Virus record (IMG/VR): IMGVR_UViG_3300030107_003246
Span: 1 to 57,180 of that record
Origin: a virus
Lineage: Duplodnaviria; Caudoviricetes
Length of the DNA: 57,180 nucleotides
Reading direction: 5' to 3' (one strand)
Within the stretch, counting starts at the first letter, position 1. Each line of letters begins with the position of its first letter. Shown here piece by piece: positions 10,525-19,471 of the stretch. The notes below the pieces were generated by a model, which ran no database searches, was not told where the DNA came from, and worked only from the letters and a program-made list of their open reading frames with translations. A program made the translations under genes and the position numbers.

Positions 10525-10923
10525 ATGAAAGTATTAAAATATTTTTTAATATTCTTTTTTGCTTTATCAATGGCAGATGGGCAGGAAATACAAAAAGATG
10601 GAAAGACACCAAAGACATTTACTTATGATGAAGCATTAGAGATGTTAAAGGCTCGTGACGCACAATGGGAAGGCAAAATAGAAAAAGCTGATTCATTAAT
10701 TGCATCACAAAAAGTAGTGATTAGTGATTGTGAAAACTTAGTGGTAAAATTAGAAGAATCTGCTAATGTTGATTCATTATTAATTATTGCCAAAGATTCA
10801 CAGATTAAATTACTTAAAGCTCGTGACGAAGCTAATGAGAAAATGGTAAAGTTGATTGAAACAAAATGGTATGAAAATCAATATCTTTGGTTAGGCATTG
10901 GATTTATTTTAGGAAAAATATAA
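10525..10923 (+). CDS. Signal-peptide, coiled-coil, C-terminal TM protein (spanin-like partner)
   Basis: ATG at 10525 follows GAGG; MKVLKYFLIFFFALSMADG signal; C-terminal WYENQYLWLGIGFILG. Confidence 0.45.
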   Translation: MKVLKYFLIFFFALSMADGQEIQKDGKTPKTFTYDEALEMLKARDAQWEGKIEKADSLIASQKVVISDCENLVVKLEESANVDSLLIIAKDSQIKLLKARDEANEKMVKLIETKWYENQYLWLGIGFILGKI

Positions 10924-12500
10924 TGAAACCAAAGCAGCTAAAAGAGGTAATAAAAAGCGAATATAAAAAATGCGCTCAAGATCCTGCATACTTTATGAAA
11001 AAGTATTGTATGGTTCAGCATCCAATAAAAGGTAAAGTTCCTTTTCATCTTTGGGCTTATCAAGAAGAATCACTTAAAACTTTTGAAGAACATAGGTTTA
11101 ATATAATCTTAAAAGCACGACAGTTAGGTTTATCTACATTATCAGCCGGTTACTCCCTCTGGATGATGACATTTCATCAAGATAAAAATATCTTAGTAAT
11201 TGCAACTAAACAAGATACTGCCAAAAACTTAGTAACAAAAGTAAGAGTAATGCACGCCAATTTACCCTCTTGGCTAAAACAAAAATGTACAGAGGATAAT
11301 AAACTATCTTTACGATATAACAATGGTTCACAAATTAAAGCAGTCTCAAGCGGAGAAGATTCGGGTAGGTCAGAGGCTCTTTCATTATTAATTTTGGATG
11401 AGGCTGCTTTCATTGATAAGATTGAACCAATATGGGCTGCTGCTTCACAGACACTATCTACTGGTGGACAATGTATCGCTTTATCCACACCAAATGGTAT
11501 AGGTAATTGGTTTCATAAGACTTGGGTTGGTGCAGAAGATGGAACTAATGATTGGAACTTTATTAGATTACATTGGAACTTACATCCTGAAAGAGATGAT
11601 GAGTGGAGAGAAGAACAAAATAGACTATTAGGTCCTTCATTAGCTGCTCAAGAATGTGATTGTGACTTTCTAACTTCAGGACAAACTGTTATTGATGGTG
11701 TTATATTAGAAGAGTATAAACAAACACACGTTACAGAACCATTAGAAAAAAGAGGGGTGGATAGTAACCTTTGGATATGGCAACCAGCAAACTATACTAA
11801 AGATTATGTGTTAAGTGCTGATGTTAGTAGAGGTGATGGTTCAGATTATTCTGCATTTCATATTATGGAAATAGAAACAATGGAGCAAGTTGCAGAATAT
11901 AAGGGTAAAATATCAACAAAAGATTTTGGAAACCTATGTGTAAATACAGCAACAGAATATAACAATGCTTTATTAGTGGTTGAGAACAACAACATAGGTT
12001 GGGCTACACTACAACAATGTATTGATAGAGGTTATGAGAATTTATTTTACACAAGTAAAGATTTAAAGTATGTAGATACAGAACACCAAATGTCTAATAG
12101 ATATAGAGTATCGGATAGAAATATGGTGGCTGGATTTAGTATGACAATGAAAACAAGACCATTAGTTATTGCTAAATTAGAAGAATATTTCAGAGAAAAG
12201 TCAGTTATTGTCCGTTCAAATCGATTAATTGATGAGTTGTTTGTATTTATATATAACAACAATAAAGCTGAAGCTATGCAGGGCTATAACGATGATTTAG
12301 TAATGAGTTTTGCTCTTACTCTTTGGGTAAGAGATACTGCATTAAGACTTAGAAATGAGGGAATAGAGCTAACTAAAAGAACTTTAAGTGGTGTAGCATC
12401 GCAGATGTTGCCACAAACACCAACCAATAAAACGAATTCTTGGGAAATGGAAGTAGGACCCAATGGAGAAAAAGAATCGTTAGATTGGTTAATTAACTAA
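10923..12500 (+). CDS. terL: Terminase large subunit (T4 gp17-like)
   Basis: KARQLGLST Walker A, LLILDEAAF Walker B, STPNG motif, RNase-H-like ADVSRGDGSDYS and DDLVMS. Start placed at the TAATG overlap at 10923. Confidence 0.95.
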   Translation: MKPKQLKEVIKSEYKKCAQDPAYFMKKYCMVQHPIKGKVPFHLWAYQEESLKTFEEHRFNIILKARQLGLSTLSAGYSLWMMTFHQDKNILVIATKQDTAKNLVTKVRVMHANLPSWLKQKCTEDNKLSLRYNNGSQIKAVSSGEDSGRSEALSLLILDEAAFIDKIEPIWAAASQTLSTGGQCIALSTPNGIGNWFHKTWVGAEDGTNDWNFIRLHWNLHPERDDEWREEQNRLLGPSLAAQECDCDFLTSGQTVIDGVILEEYKQTHVTEPLEKRGVDSNLWIWQPANYTKDYVLSADVSRGDGSDYSAFHIMEIETMEQVAEYKGKISTKDFGNLCVNTATEYNNALLVVENNNIGWATLQQCIDRGYENLFYTSKDLKYVDTEHQMSNRYRVSDRNMVAGFSMTMKTRPLVIAKLEEYFREKSVIVRSNRLIDELFVFIYNNNKAEAMQGYNDDLVMSFALTLWVRDTALRLRNEGIELTKRTLSGVASQMLPQTPTNKTNSWEMEVGPNGEKESLDWLIN

Positions 12501-12510
12501 GAGGCAAATT

Positions 12511-14316
12511 ATGGCACAACAAGATTTATTTTCAAGACTAAAACGATTGTTTTCAACAAATACCATCGTTAGAAATATAGGTGGTAAGAAATTAAAAATC
12601 GTAGATACAGGACAATTACAATCAAATGTTCAAACTAATTTAGTAGACAGATATACTAAGTTATATTCTAATATGCAACAATATGGTTACAACGACCAAT
12701 TATATGCACAACAATTACGATTAGGATTGTTTAGGGATTACGAATCTATGGATAGTGATTCTATCATCGCTTCTGCTTTAGATATTTATTCAGATGAATC
12801 AACAATGAAAAATGAATATGGTAAAGTATTAGATATTAAAACAGACAATGACCAAATTTATGATGTTTTACATAATCTCTTTTATGATATTATTAATATA
12901 GAATTTAATCTATGGCCTTGGATTCGTAATATGAATAAGTATGGTGATTTCTTTTTACAATTAGAAGTTGCTGAAAATTATGGTATAACAAATGTTACAC
13001 CAATGTCCGCTTATGATGTAGCTCGTTTAGAAGGGCACGATCCTAATAATCCATCTTTGGTACAATTTCAATTAACACCACAAGGTGATGCTAGTAGACA
13101 CTCAGCTAAACAACAAGACCCAAAGACATTTGAGAATTATGAAGTAGCTCACTTCAGACTTTTATCAGATTCTAATTATGTTCCATATGGTAGGTCACAA
13201 TTAGAGGGTGGTAGAAAAGTGTGGAAACAATTAACTCTTATGGAAGATGCTATGTTGATACATCGTATAATGAGAGCGCCAGAAAAGAGAGTATTTAAAT
13301 TAGACATTGGTAATATACCGCCAGCTGAAGTTGATAATTATATGCAACAGGTAGTTAATAAAATGAAGAAGGCTCCTGTTATTGATGAAAAAACAGGTGA
13401 TTACAATCTTCGTTATAATATCCAAAACCTTACAGAAGATTTCTTTTTACCTGTAAGAGGTGGAGATAGTGGAACTTCCATTGATAGTTTGGCTGGATTA
13501 ACTTACGAGGCAGTTGAAGATATTGAATATTTAAAAAATAAATTATTGGCATCTCTAAGAGTTCCAAAGGCTTTCTTAGGATATGAAGAGGGATTGGGTT
13601 CTAAAGCTACATTAGCAGCTGAGGATGTTCGATTTGCCAGAACAATTGAAAGAATACAGAGAATTGTAGTTAGTGAATTGACTAAGATTGCTGTAGTTCA
13701 TTTGTATTCTCAGGGATTTAGAGATCAAGAGCTTGTAAATTTTGATTTAGGTTTGACAAATCCATCTACAATATATGAACAGGAAAAAATTGAGTTGTGG
13801 AATAATAAAGCCTCACTTGCTGATTCTATGTTGAGAGATGGTTTAGTATCATCTGAATGGATTTACAAAAATGTATTTGGTTTTACCGATGAACAAATTA
13901 AAGAAAATGATGACCAAATAATTTTTGATTTTAAAAATAAATTTAGAAGGCAACAAATTGAAGCTGAGGGTAATGATCCTGCTAAAAGTGGTGAGTCACA
14001 AGGAACACCATCTGATTTAGCGATGGGTAGAACAGGTCATGAGTTAGAAGATGAGGGTGGTTCAGAAAGAGGTGGACAACCTGGCGCTGGACGACCTAAA
14101 GAAGCTAATAAATATACTAAGGATAGTGGTGCGAGAGGTAGAGATCCTTTAGGAGCTCACGATAAAAAGATGGCTTATGGTGGAGTAGCTACTAAACATT
14201 ATGAAAATTTGTTTAAACATTTGGGAAGTAATGCAAAAACACTACTTTCAGAAGCAAGTGAGGTAGAAGATGAATATAAAGATGAAGTATCTTCCCTCAA
14301 TACTAAGAAAAATTAA
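12511..14316 (+). CDS. Portal protein (T4 gp20-like)
   Basis: MEDAMLIHRIMRAPEKRVFKLDIGNIPP, EDFFLPVRGG, LRVPKAFL; follows terminase. Confidence 0.93.
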   Translation: MAQQDLFSRLKRLFSTNTIVRNIGGKKLKIVDTGQLQSNVQTNLVDRYTKLYSNMQQYGYNDQLYAQQLRLGLFRDYESMDSDSIIASALDIYSDESTMKNEYGKVLDIKTDNDQIYDVLHNLFYDIINIEFNLWPWIRNMNKYGDFFLQLEVAENYGITNVTPMSAYDVARLEGHDPNNPSLVQFQLTPQGDASRHSAKQQDPKTFENYEVAHFRLLSDSNYVPYGRSQLEGGRKVWKQLTLMEDAMLIHRIMRAPEKRVFKLDIGNIPPAEVDNYMQQVVNKMKKAPVIDEKTGDYNLRYNIQNLTEDFFLPVRGGDSGTSIDSLAGLTYEAVEDIEYLKNKLLASLRVPKAFLGYEEGLGSKATLAAEDVRFARTIERIQRIVVSELTKIAVVHLYSQGFRDQELVNFDLGLTNPSTIYEQEKIELWNNKASLADSMLRDGLVSSEWIYKNVFGFTDEQIKENDDQIIFDFKNKFRRQQIEAEGNDPAKSGESQGTPSDLAMGRTGHELEDEGGSERGGQPGAGRPKEANKYTKDSGARGRDPLGAHDKKMAYGGVATKHYENLFKHLGSNAKTLLSEASEVEDEYKDEVSSLNTKKN

Positions 14317-14324
14317 TTAATCAT

Positions 14325-14333
14325 ATATTTATA
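14325..14333 (+). promoter_or_regulatory. Putative late promoter ATATTTATA
   Basis: Same extended ATATTTATATATGAA as at 5543 and 54167. Confidence 0.65.
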
Positions 14334-14366
14334 TATGAAGAATTGTATAAATGATTGGAGTTCAAT

Positions 14367-15221
14367 ATGAGTTCAAAAACAAAACACTCAAAAATTCGTA
14401 ATACCGGAATTTTATTTGAGTTACTAACTAGACAGATTACGGTTGATGTGTTAAATAACGATAAGAAAGGTTCAGCAGCTAACATATTAAAAGAATTTTT
14501 TAATAAAAATACTCAATTGGGAAAAGAATATGAATTATATAGAGTATTGACTGTTGAAAACTATAAATCAGAAACAAAAGCCAATCATTTAGTAGATGCT
14601 GTGATAAAGGCTAGACAAAAATTAAATGAAAGTTCTTTAAAAAGAGAAAAATATAATTTAATTAAAGAAGTTCGTTCAAATTATGACATAAATGATTTTT
14701 TTATGGCAAGAATTCCAAATTATAAAGTCAATGCTTCAATCTATAAGTTGTTTTCTATAAAAGAACCTACAAATCCTAAAGTAGAAACAGAAAGTCGTTT
14801 TACAATTATAGAAAATATAACTAGAAAGTCAATTTCAGCCAAAAAGAAAGAAGATGTAGTGGTTGAGGGATACAAAAAGCAAGAAAAAGATTTAAGATTA
14901 CTTGCATATGGCATTTTAGTTGAAAAATTTAACAAAAAATATAGTACTCTTAGTAAAACTCAAAGAAATTTACTAAAAGAGTATATAAATAACATTTCTA
15001 ATACAAATTCTCTTAAAGAGTTTATTGAAACCGAAACAATTAAGGTAAAAAAAGAACTCCAATCACATTTACCTAAAGTTTCAGACAAAGTTACAAAGAT
15101 TAAGCTAAAAGAAGCTATAAATCAAGCAGAAACTCTTATGAAAGGTAGAATAGTTGAGGATAAGCAAGTAGTTACACTAATGAGGTATTATCAATTAGTT
15201 AAGGAGCTAAAGAATGTCTAA
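14367..15221 (+). CDS. Helical head-module protein (prohead core-associated)
   Basis: ATG at 14367 after GGAG; KHSKIRNTGILFELL N-terminus; lies between portal and protease. Confidence 0.55.
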   Translation: MSSKTKHSKIRNTGILFELLTRQITVDVLNNDKKGSAANILKEFFNKNTQLGKEYELYRVLTVENYKSETKANHLVDAVIKARQKLNESSLKREKYNLIKEVRSNYDINDFFMARIPNYKVNASIYKLFSIKEPTNPKVETESRFTIIENITRKSISAKKKEDVVVEGYKKQEKDLRLLAYGILVEKFNKKYSTLSKTQRNLLKEYINNISNTNSLKEFIETETIKVKKELQSHLPKVSDKVTKIKLKEAINQAETLMKGRIVEDKQVVTLMRYYQLVKELKNV

Positions 15222-15642
15222 AATGGACAAACTCAAAGAAATTATTCGTGAGTTAATTAGAAAAGAACTTTCGGAAGCATCTGTAACTGGTGATATAGCT
15301 GGCTATCAAACGCCGTACGCTTTTACTGGCAAATCTGCTAAAGGTAAGAAAAAGAAAAAGAAAATTTCTACCAATTCAACAGGATATAATGTAGTAAAAG
15401 AGGGAAAGTATCACGATTATAGAAATGATGAAAGTTTAACACCAAAACAAAAGATTGGTCGTTCAATGAGAGAGATTAGGGATTCTCTTAATGAATTAAA
15501 TAAATTAGTAAAGATGAATGTTCGTCTTAAAAATGAATTGAATGTCGATTCAAGGTCATATTGGAAAAATACCCATAAGGCTTTAAACAAAATAAGTGAG
15601 AGGTTAGTAAAACTAGCAAACAAAGTTGGTCAGTTACAGTAG
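15214..15642 (+). CDS. Head-module hypothetical protein
   Basis: KLKEIIRELIRKELSE N-terminus, GYQTPYAF motif, C-terminal coiled coil; AAGGAG SD. Confidence 0.6.
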   Translation: MSKMDKLKEIIRELIRKELSEASVTGDIAGYQTPYAFTGKSAKGKKKKKKISTNSTGYNVVKEGKYHDYRNDESLTPKQKIGRSMREIRDSLNELNKLVKMNVRLKNELNVDSRSYWKNTHKALNKISERLVKLANKVGQLQ

Positions 15643-15649
15643 GTTCACT

Positions 15650-15835
15650 ATGGCGTTTGAGGATAAGAAGAAGTCCTATATGGACACTCTTTTTAGTATT
15701 TCAACTCTGTTAAAGAGATGGCAGGTAGAGATACAGAAAAAAGATGTAGATAAGAATTATATGTTAAGGAGACTTGGCCAATGGATAGAACAATTGGAAA
15801 GTCTTAGACACGAAATAATGATGGAGAAAGACTAA
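15650..15835 (+). CDS. Small helical hypothetical protein
   Basis: ATG at 15650 after TAGGT; stop overlaps next start (TAATG). Confidence 0.5.
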   Translation: MAFEDKKKSYMDTLFSISTLLKRWQVEIQKKDVDKNYMLRRLGQWIEQLESLRHEIMMEKD

Positions 15836-16698
15836 TGATTTCACTATTAGAAATTGCAACAAATATGAATGAGGCTGATGTCGATGATGATAAAATCGTC
15901 AAGTATAAAGACAAAGAGGGTGAGTCTCAAGAAATGACTGCTGGTGCTGCTAAAAAGCAACCAGATGACCATCCAGCAAAAGTTGCTTATAATAAAATGT
16001 CAGGTGATGATGGCGATGATAGTGAAAAGGATTCTGGTGGTAAATTAGGTAGTGGTGATTTTGATAGAGATAGTGATGATGATGCCAAACCTGATACAGA
16101 TGATGGTGATGCTGACGATGATGCTGGAGATGACGATACTGATGTGTCTAAAATAGATCCTGAAATGTTAGCCGATGTAGGAGATATTGAAAGTGGTACT
16201 GATTTAGATAGATTTATAAATGATAATGGTGATAAATTATCAGACCAACAAGAAGATGATTTGTATAAAGTTCAAGAAAAATTAGATGATGATAGTATAT
16301 CTTCATTAGCAGCAAAAAATGAAATTAAAGGAATTTTATATCACGGTAGTAAAACTAATGCTACTCAGATTTCTGATGATAATTATGGTATGATTGATGC
16401 AGGTGATATACAAAAAACAATAATGGATGATCCTGAAATATCAAAAATATTAGGCGATGAAGATGATGTATATTTTGATGGGGATGAATTAGTTAGTTCA
16501 AAATATGATGATGAAACAGTTACAAGAGTTACTGGTTTTATGACTATCGGAGATTTAAAAAAGAAAATTAAAGATTTTGCAAAAACTAAAAAAGAATCAG
16601 TTAGAGTAATCAACGGAAAAAAATATAAAGCAGTAAAAGAATCAAAGAACCATCCTCTAAAACAAATTTATGACAGAACATTTAGGAGCTTAAAATGA
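15835..16698 (+). CDS. Asp-rich acidic protein, probable internal head protein
   Basis: MISLLEIATNMNE leader; long D-rich disordered tract. Confidence 0.55.
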   Translation: MISLLEIATNMNEADVDDDKIVKYKDKEGESQEMTAGAAKKQPDDHPAKVAYNKMSGDDGDDSEKDSGGKLGSGDFDRDSDDDAKPDTDDGDADDDAGDDDTDVSKIDPEMLADVGDIESGTDLDRFINDNGDKLSDQQEDDLYKVQEKLDDDSISSLAAKNEIKGILYHGSKTNATQISDDNYGMIDAGDIQKTIMDDPEISKILGDEDDVYFDGDELVSSKYDDETVTRVTGFMTIGDLKKKIKDFAKTKKESVRVINGKKYKAVKESKNHPLKQIYDRTFRSLK

Positions 16699-17294
16699 GA
16701 CAATTAATAGTAGATTACTTACCATTTGAAATACAAGCCGATCAAATCAATGAGGCTATGAAAGAAAACAACGGAAAGCTCGTTGTTAAAGGTGTTCTTC
16801 AAAGAGCAGACACCAAAAATCAAAATGGTAGAGTATATCCAAAAGAAATTTTAGTAAGAGAAGCGAAGAAGTATTCTGCTAATTTCGTAAAACAAAAAAG
16901 AGCTATGGGTGAATTAGACCATCCTGAATCATCTGTTGTTAATTTACAGAATGTATCTCATAATGTAACAGATATGAATTTTAATGGAGATGATTTAGTT
17001 GGTACAGTAGAAGTCTTAACTACACCAAGTGGAAACATTTTAAGAGAATTATTTAAGAATGGTATTAAGTTAGGTATATCTTCTCGTGGTATGGGTTCTG
17101 TTGAAACTATGAATGAAAATGGTGCACAAGAGGTGCAAGATGATTTTGAATTAATTGCTTTTGACTTCGTTTCTAATCCATCTACGCATGGTGCTTTTCT
17201 TCATCCAATGAATGAGAGTGTGGAAAATATTGCTGTCCGTGATACTAAGTATGGTAGAGTCGAAGCAGTAATTAATGATATAATGAGAGGCTAA
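16695..17294 (+). CDS. Prohead core protease (T4 gp21-like)
   Basis: NQNGRVYPKEIL, GELDHP, GISSRGMGS, FDFVSNPS. Confidence 0.93.
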   Translation: MRQLIVDYLPFEIQADQINEAMKENNGKLVVKGVLQRADTKNQNGRVYPKEILVREAKKYSANFVKQKRAMGELDHPESSVVNLQNVSHNVTDMNFNGDDLVGTVEVLTTPSGNILRELFKNGIKLGISSRGMGSVETMNENGAQEVQDDFELIAFDFVSNPSTHGAFLHPMNESVENIAVRDTKYGRVEAVINDIMRG

Positions 17295-18434
17295 ATGCCA
17301 GCTAAATCCAAACAACAACAAAAGTTTATGGGTATAGTTAGGGCGATACAAAAGGGTGAAGCGCCCGCTGGAAAATTTTCAAAAGCAGCTCAGAAAGCTG
17401 CTAAGTCTATGAAGAAAGGTAGTGTAAGGAAGTATGCTAAAACAAAGCACGATGACTTACCAAAAAAAGTAAAGGAAGAAAAGAAAAGGGATTACAAAGC
17501 TGAGTATAAGAAATTTCAATCTTCTACGAAAGCTAAGAAATACAGAGCTGAATTAAATAAGTATAATCGTAAGAAAGGTACTTATGGAAATGGTGATGGT
17601 AAAGACGCATCACATAAGGGAGGAAAGATAGTGGGATTTGAATCACAATCTAAAAACAGAGGAAGAGCTGAAAAAAGTCGATTGAAGAAAGAGGCTGTCA
17701 TTACCGAAAATCCTGCAGTTATAGCTACAGCAGCTAGAATGGCAATACAAAACGCACAAGGTAAAAAAGTATCTGTAAATACTGCACGCCAAACATCTTA
17801 TGCTAAGAAAGATCCTTCTGCTCATAAAAAAGCTAAAAGTATTTTTCAAAGAATTAAAGACAAATTTAAGAAAAAAGATAAGCCAGCTCCGAAAAAACAA
17901 TCTAAATCAGATGTAGATTTTTACAAAAGACAATACACAGGTGAATCCGTAGTTGAAAAAGTAACATATCACGATGGTGGTAGAACTGTTGGTATAGATG
18001 TTAGAGATTTATATAATTATCTGTTGGCTTTAAAGAAAGCCAATCCTGCTAAATTTAAAAAAGATATGCAAAATAGACATATTAAAGCTATATTTAAAAG
18101 ATATTCTAAAGGTGGAGAAATGTATCAAGAAGGTTTTGGTGGGGAATTAAAAGGAAAAGCTAAACAAAAATTTGAAAAAGCAAGAAAAGAAAATGCTGAA
18201 GTATTGGGATATAAACTTACTGGCAAAAGTGATATAAATGAAGTTAATATAAAAGATATACAATCAGTTCTTAAAAAAAAACAAGCCAAAAAGATTAATG
18301 GTATGTATATGGATATGACAACTGCTAATGCTATTATGACAGTTTATAAAGCACTTAACAAATCTAATCAAAAAAAATTCACTAAATTACCATTAAGGAA
18401 AATGGTAGATGTAACTTGGAAGTTAGTAAAGTGA
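17295..18434 (+). CDS. Very basic mosaic head protein with DUF3008-like N-terminus, HNH-like segment and further small domains
   Basis: MPAKSKQQQKFMG...TKHDDLP; KRDYKAEY...KDASHKGG...SKNRGR; segments bounded by xxE motifs. Confidence 0.55.
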   Translation: MPAKSKQQQKFMGIVRAIQKGEAPAGKFSKAAQKAAKSMKKGSVRKYAKTKHDDLPKKVKEEKKRDYKAEYKKFQSSTKAKKYRAELNKYNRKKGTYGNGDGKDASHKGGKIVGFESQSKNRGRAEKSRLKKEAVITENPAVIATAARMAIQNAQGKKVSVNTARQTSYAKKDPSAHKKAKSIFQRIKDKFKKKDKPAPKKQSKSDVDFYKRQYTGESVVEKVTYHDGGRTVGIDVRDLYNYLLALKKANPAKFKKDMQNRHIKAIFKRYSKGGEMYQEGFGGELKGKAKQKFEKARKENAEVLGYKLTGKSDINEVNIKDIQSVLKKKQAKKINGMYMDMTTANAIMTVYKALNKSNQKKFTKLPLRKMVDVTWKLVK

Positions 18435-18455
18435 TAAGAAAAATTAATAAATTAG

Positions 18456-18464
18456 ATATTTATA
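18456..18464 (+). promoter_or_regulatory. Putative late promoter ATATTTATA
   Basis: Immediately upstream of the TAAGGAG SD of 18481. Confidence 0.6.
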
Positions 18465-18480
18465 TCTAAGGAGAAAAACT

Positions 18481-19113
18481 ATGTCAAATATTAAACTAAA
18501 AGATTTATTGAATGAAGTGGGATTGAGTGGAGTAGTTTCACGAAGTCCGTGGGCTAAAAACGAAGAAAAAAAACCACAAATAAATGTAAAAGAATTAGTT
18601 AATTCTATTAACAATTATAGTTCTTTAGGTGAAAATATTTATGGTAATGGCAATTTAAAACAAGTAGCAGAAACACTTTCAAAAATGGCTGAGGGTGCTG
18701 CACAACATACACTTTCTGAAACAGAAGATATGTTTGACAAAGTTACTGTTAGTCGTAATATGAAAGAACTCACAGGTTTATCTAAACAATTTGGCAAAGT
18801 AGCTATGGAAGCTAACTCTCTTCAAGAAAGAATGACAGGTCTTTATGAGGATATGGGAAATATTTTAGGAAGATATTATAAGATAAACGAAAAGCACGTT
18901 CGAGGTCACGATGACGATGATAGAGATATGAGAGATGATATGGATGAAGCTGATAAAATGATGTTCAGAGAAGAAGATGATTATAAGGCATTCTTTAAAA
19001 AAGCTATGAAAAAATTTAATGTATCTGATATTGAAGATATGAATGATGAAGAGAAAAAAGACTTCTTCAATTATGTAGATAGAAATTATAAGGCGAAAAA
19101 AGAAACAGATTAG
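18481..19113 (+). CDS. Helical head-module protein
   Basis: MSNIKLKDLLNE leader; YEDMGNILGRYY; C-terminal EEKKDFFNYVD mini-domain. Confidence 0.6.
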   Translation: MSNIKLKDLLNEVGLSGVVSRSPWAKNEEKKPQINVKELVNSINNYSSLGENIYGNGNLKQVAETLSKMAEGAAQHTLSETEDMFDKVTVSRNMKELTGLSKQFGKVAMEANSLQERMTGLYEDMGNILGRYYKINEKHVRGHDDDDRDMRDDMDEADKMMFREEDDYKAFFKKAMKKFNVSDIEDMNDEEKKDFFNYVDRNYKAKKETD

Positions 19114-19121
19114 AGGTAAAT

Positions 19122-19349
19122 ATGGCAATAAAGGTTGTTGTAAAAAATAATAATTACGAAAAAGCTCTTAGTATATTTAAGAGAAAAGTAAAAGATTCCA
19201 ATTTAATGTATGATTTAAGAGAGCGTGAGTTCTACAAAAAACCATCTGATATTAAAAAAGAAAAGAAAAGTAAGGCAAAAGCTCGTAATTATTGGAAAAA
19301 AGTTAAACTATTAGAAGAAGATAGTCGTAAAAGAGGAAGAAAATTTTAA
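19122..19349 (+). CDS. rpsU: Phage-encoded 30S ribosomal protein bS21
   Basis: IKVVVKNNNYEKALSIFKRKVKDSNLMYDLREREFYKKPS matches the S21 pattern (V.V....E.AL..FKR......L......FY.KPS); 75 aa, basic; GAGGT SD. Confidence 0.9.
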   Translation: MAIKVVVKNNNYEKALSIFKRKVKDSNLMYDLREREFYKKPSDIKKEKKSKAKARNYWKKVKLLEEDSRKRGRKF

Positions 19350-19355
19350 TTTTTT

Positions 19356-19471
19356 ATATTTATATATATAAAAACTAAACACACCGTTCCTATCATATAC
19401 GGTGTAACCGAAATATAATAATTCTATTATAGTTCCCAATAACTATACTAAATCCAAACAGGAGAATAACA
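19356..19471 (+). promoter_or_regulatory. Late promoter plus structured 5' leader of the scaffold-capsid operon
   Basis: ATATTTATA at 19356. Stems ACACCGT/ACGGTGT (19381-19405), TATAATA/TATTATA (19414-19431), TATAGTT/AACTATA (19428-19447). AGGAG SD. Confidence 0.55.

Noticed and set aside
10887-10922. ORF-track starts at 10887, 10513, 14355, 15626, 26657 and 55918
   Set aside because: Downstream ATGs (10923, 10525, 14367, 15650, 26669, 55957) have better SD or stop-start coupling.
18452-18469. Palindrome TTAGATAT-TT-ATATCTAA over the promoter motif
   Set aside because: AT-only apart from one pair, 2-nt loop, and not repeated at the other promoters; likely chance.
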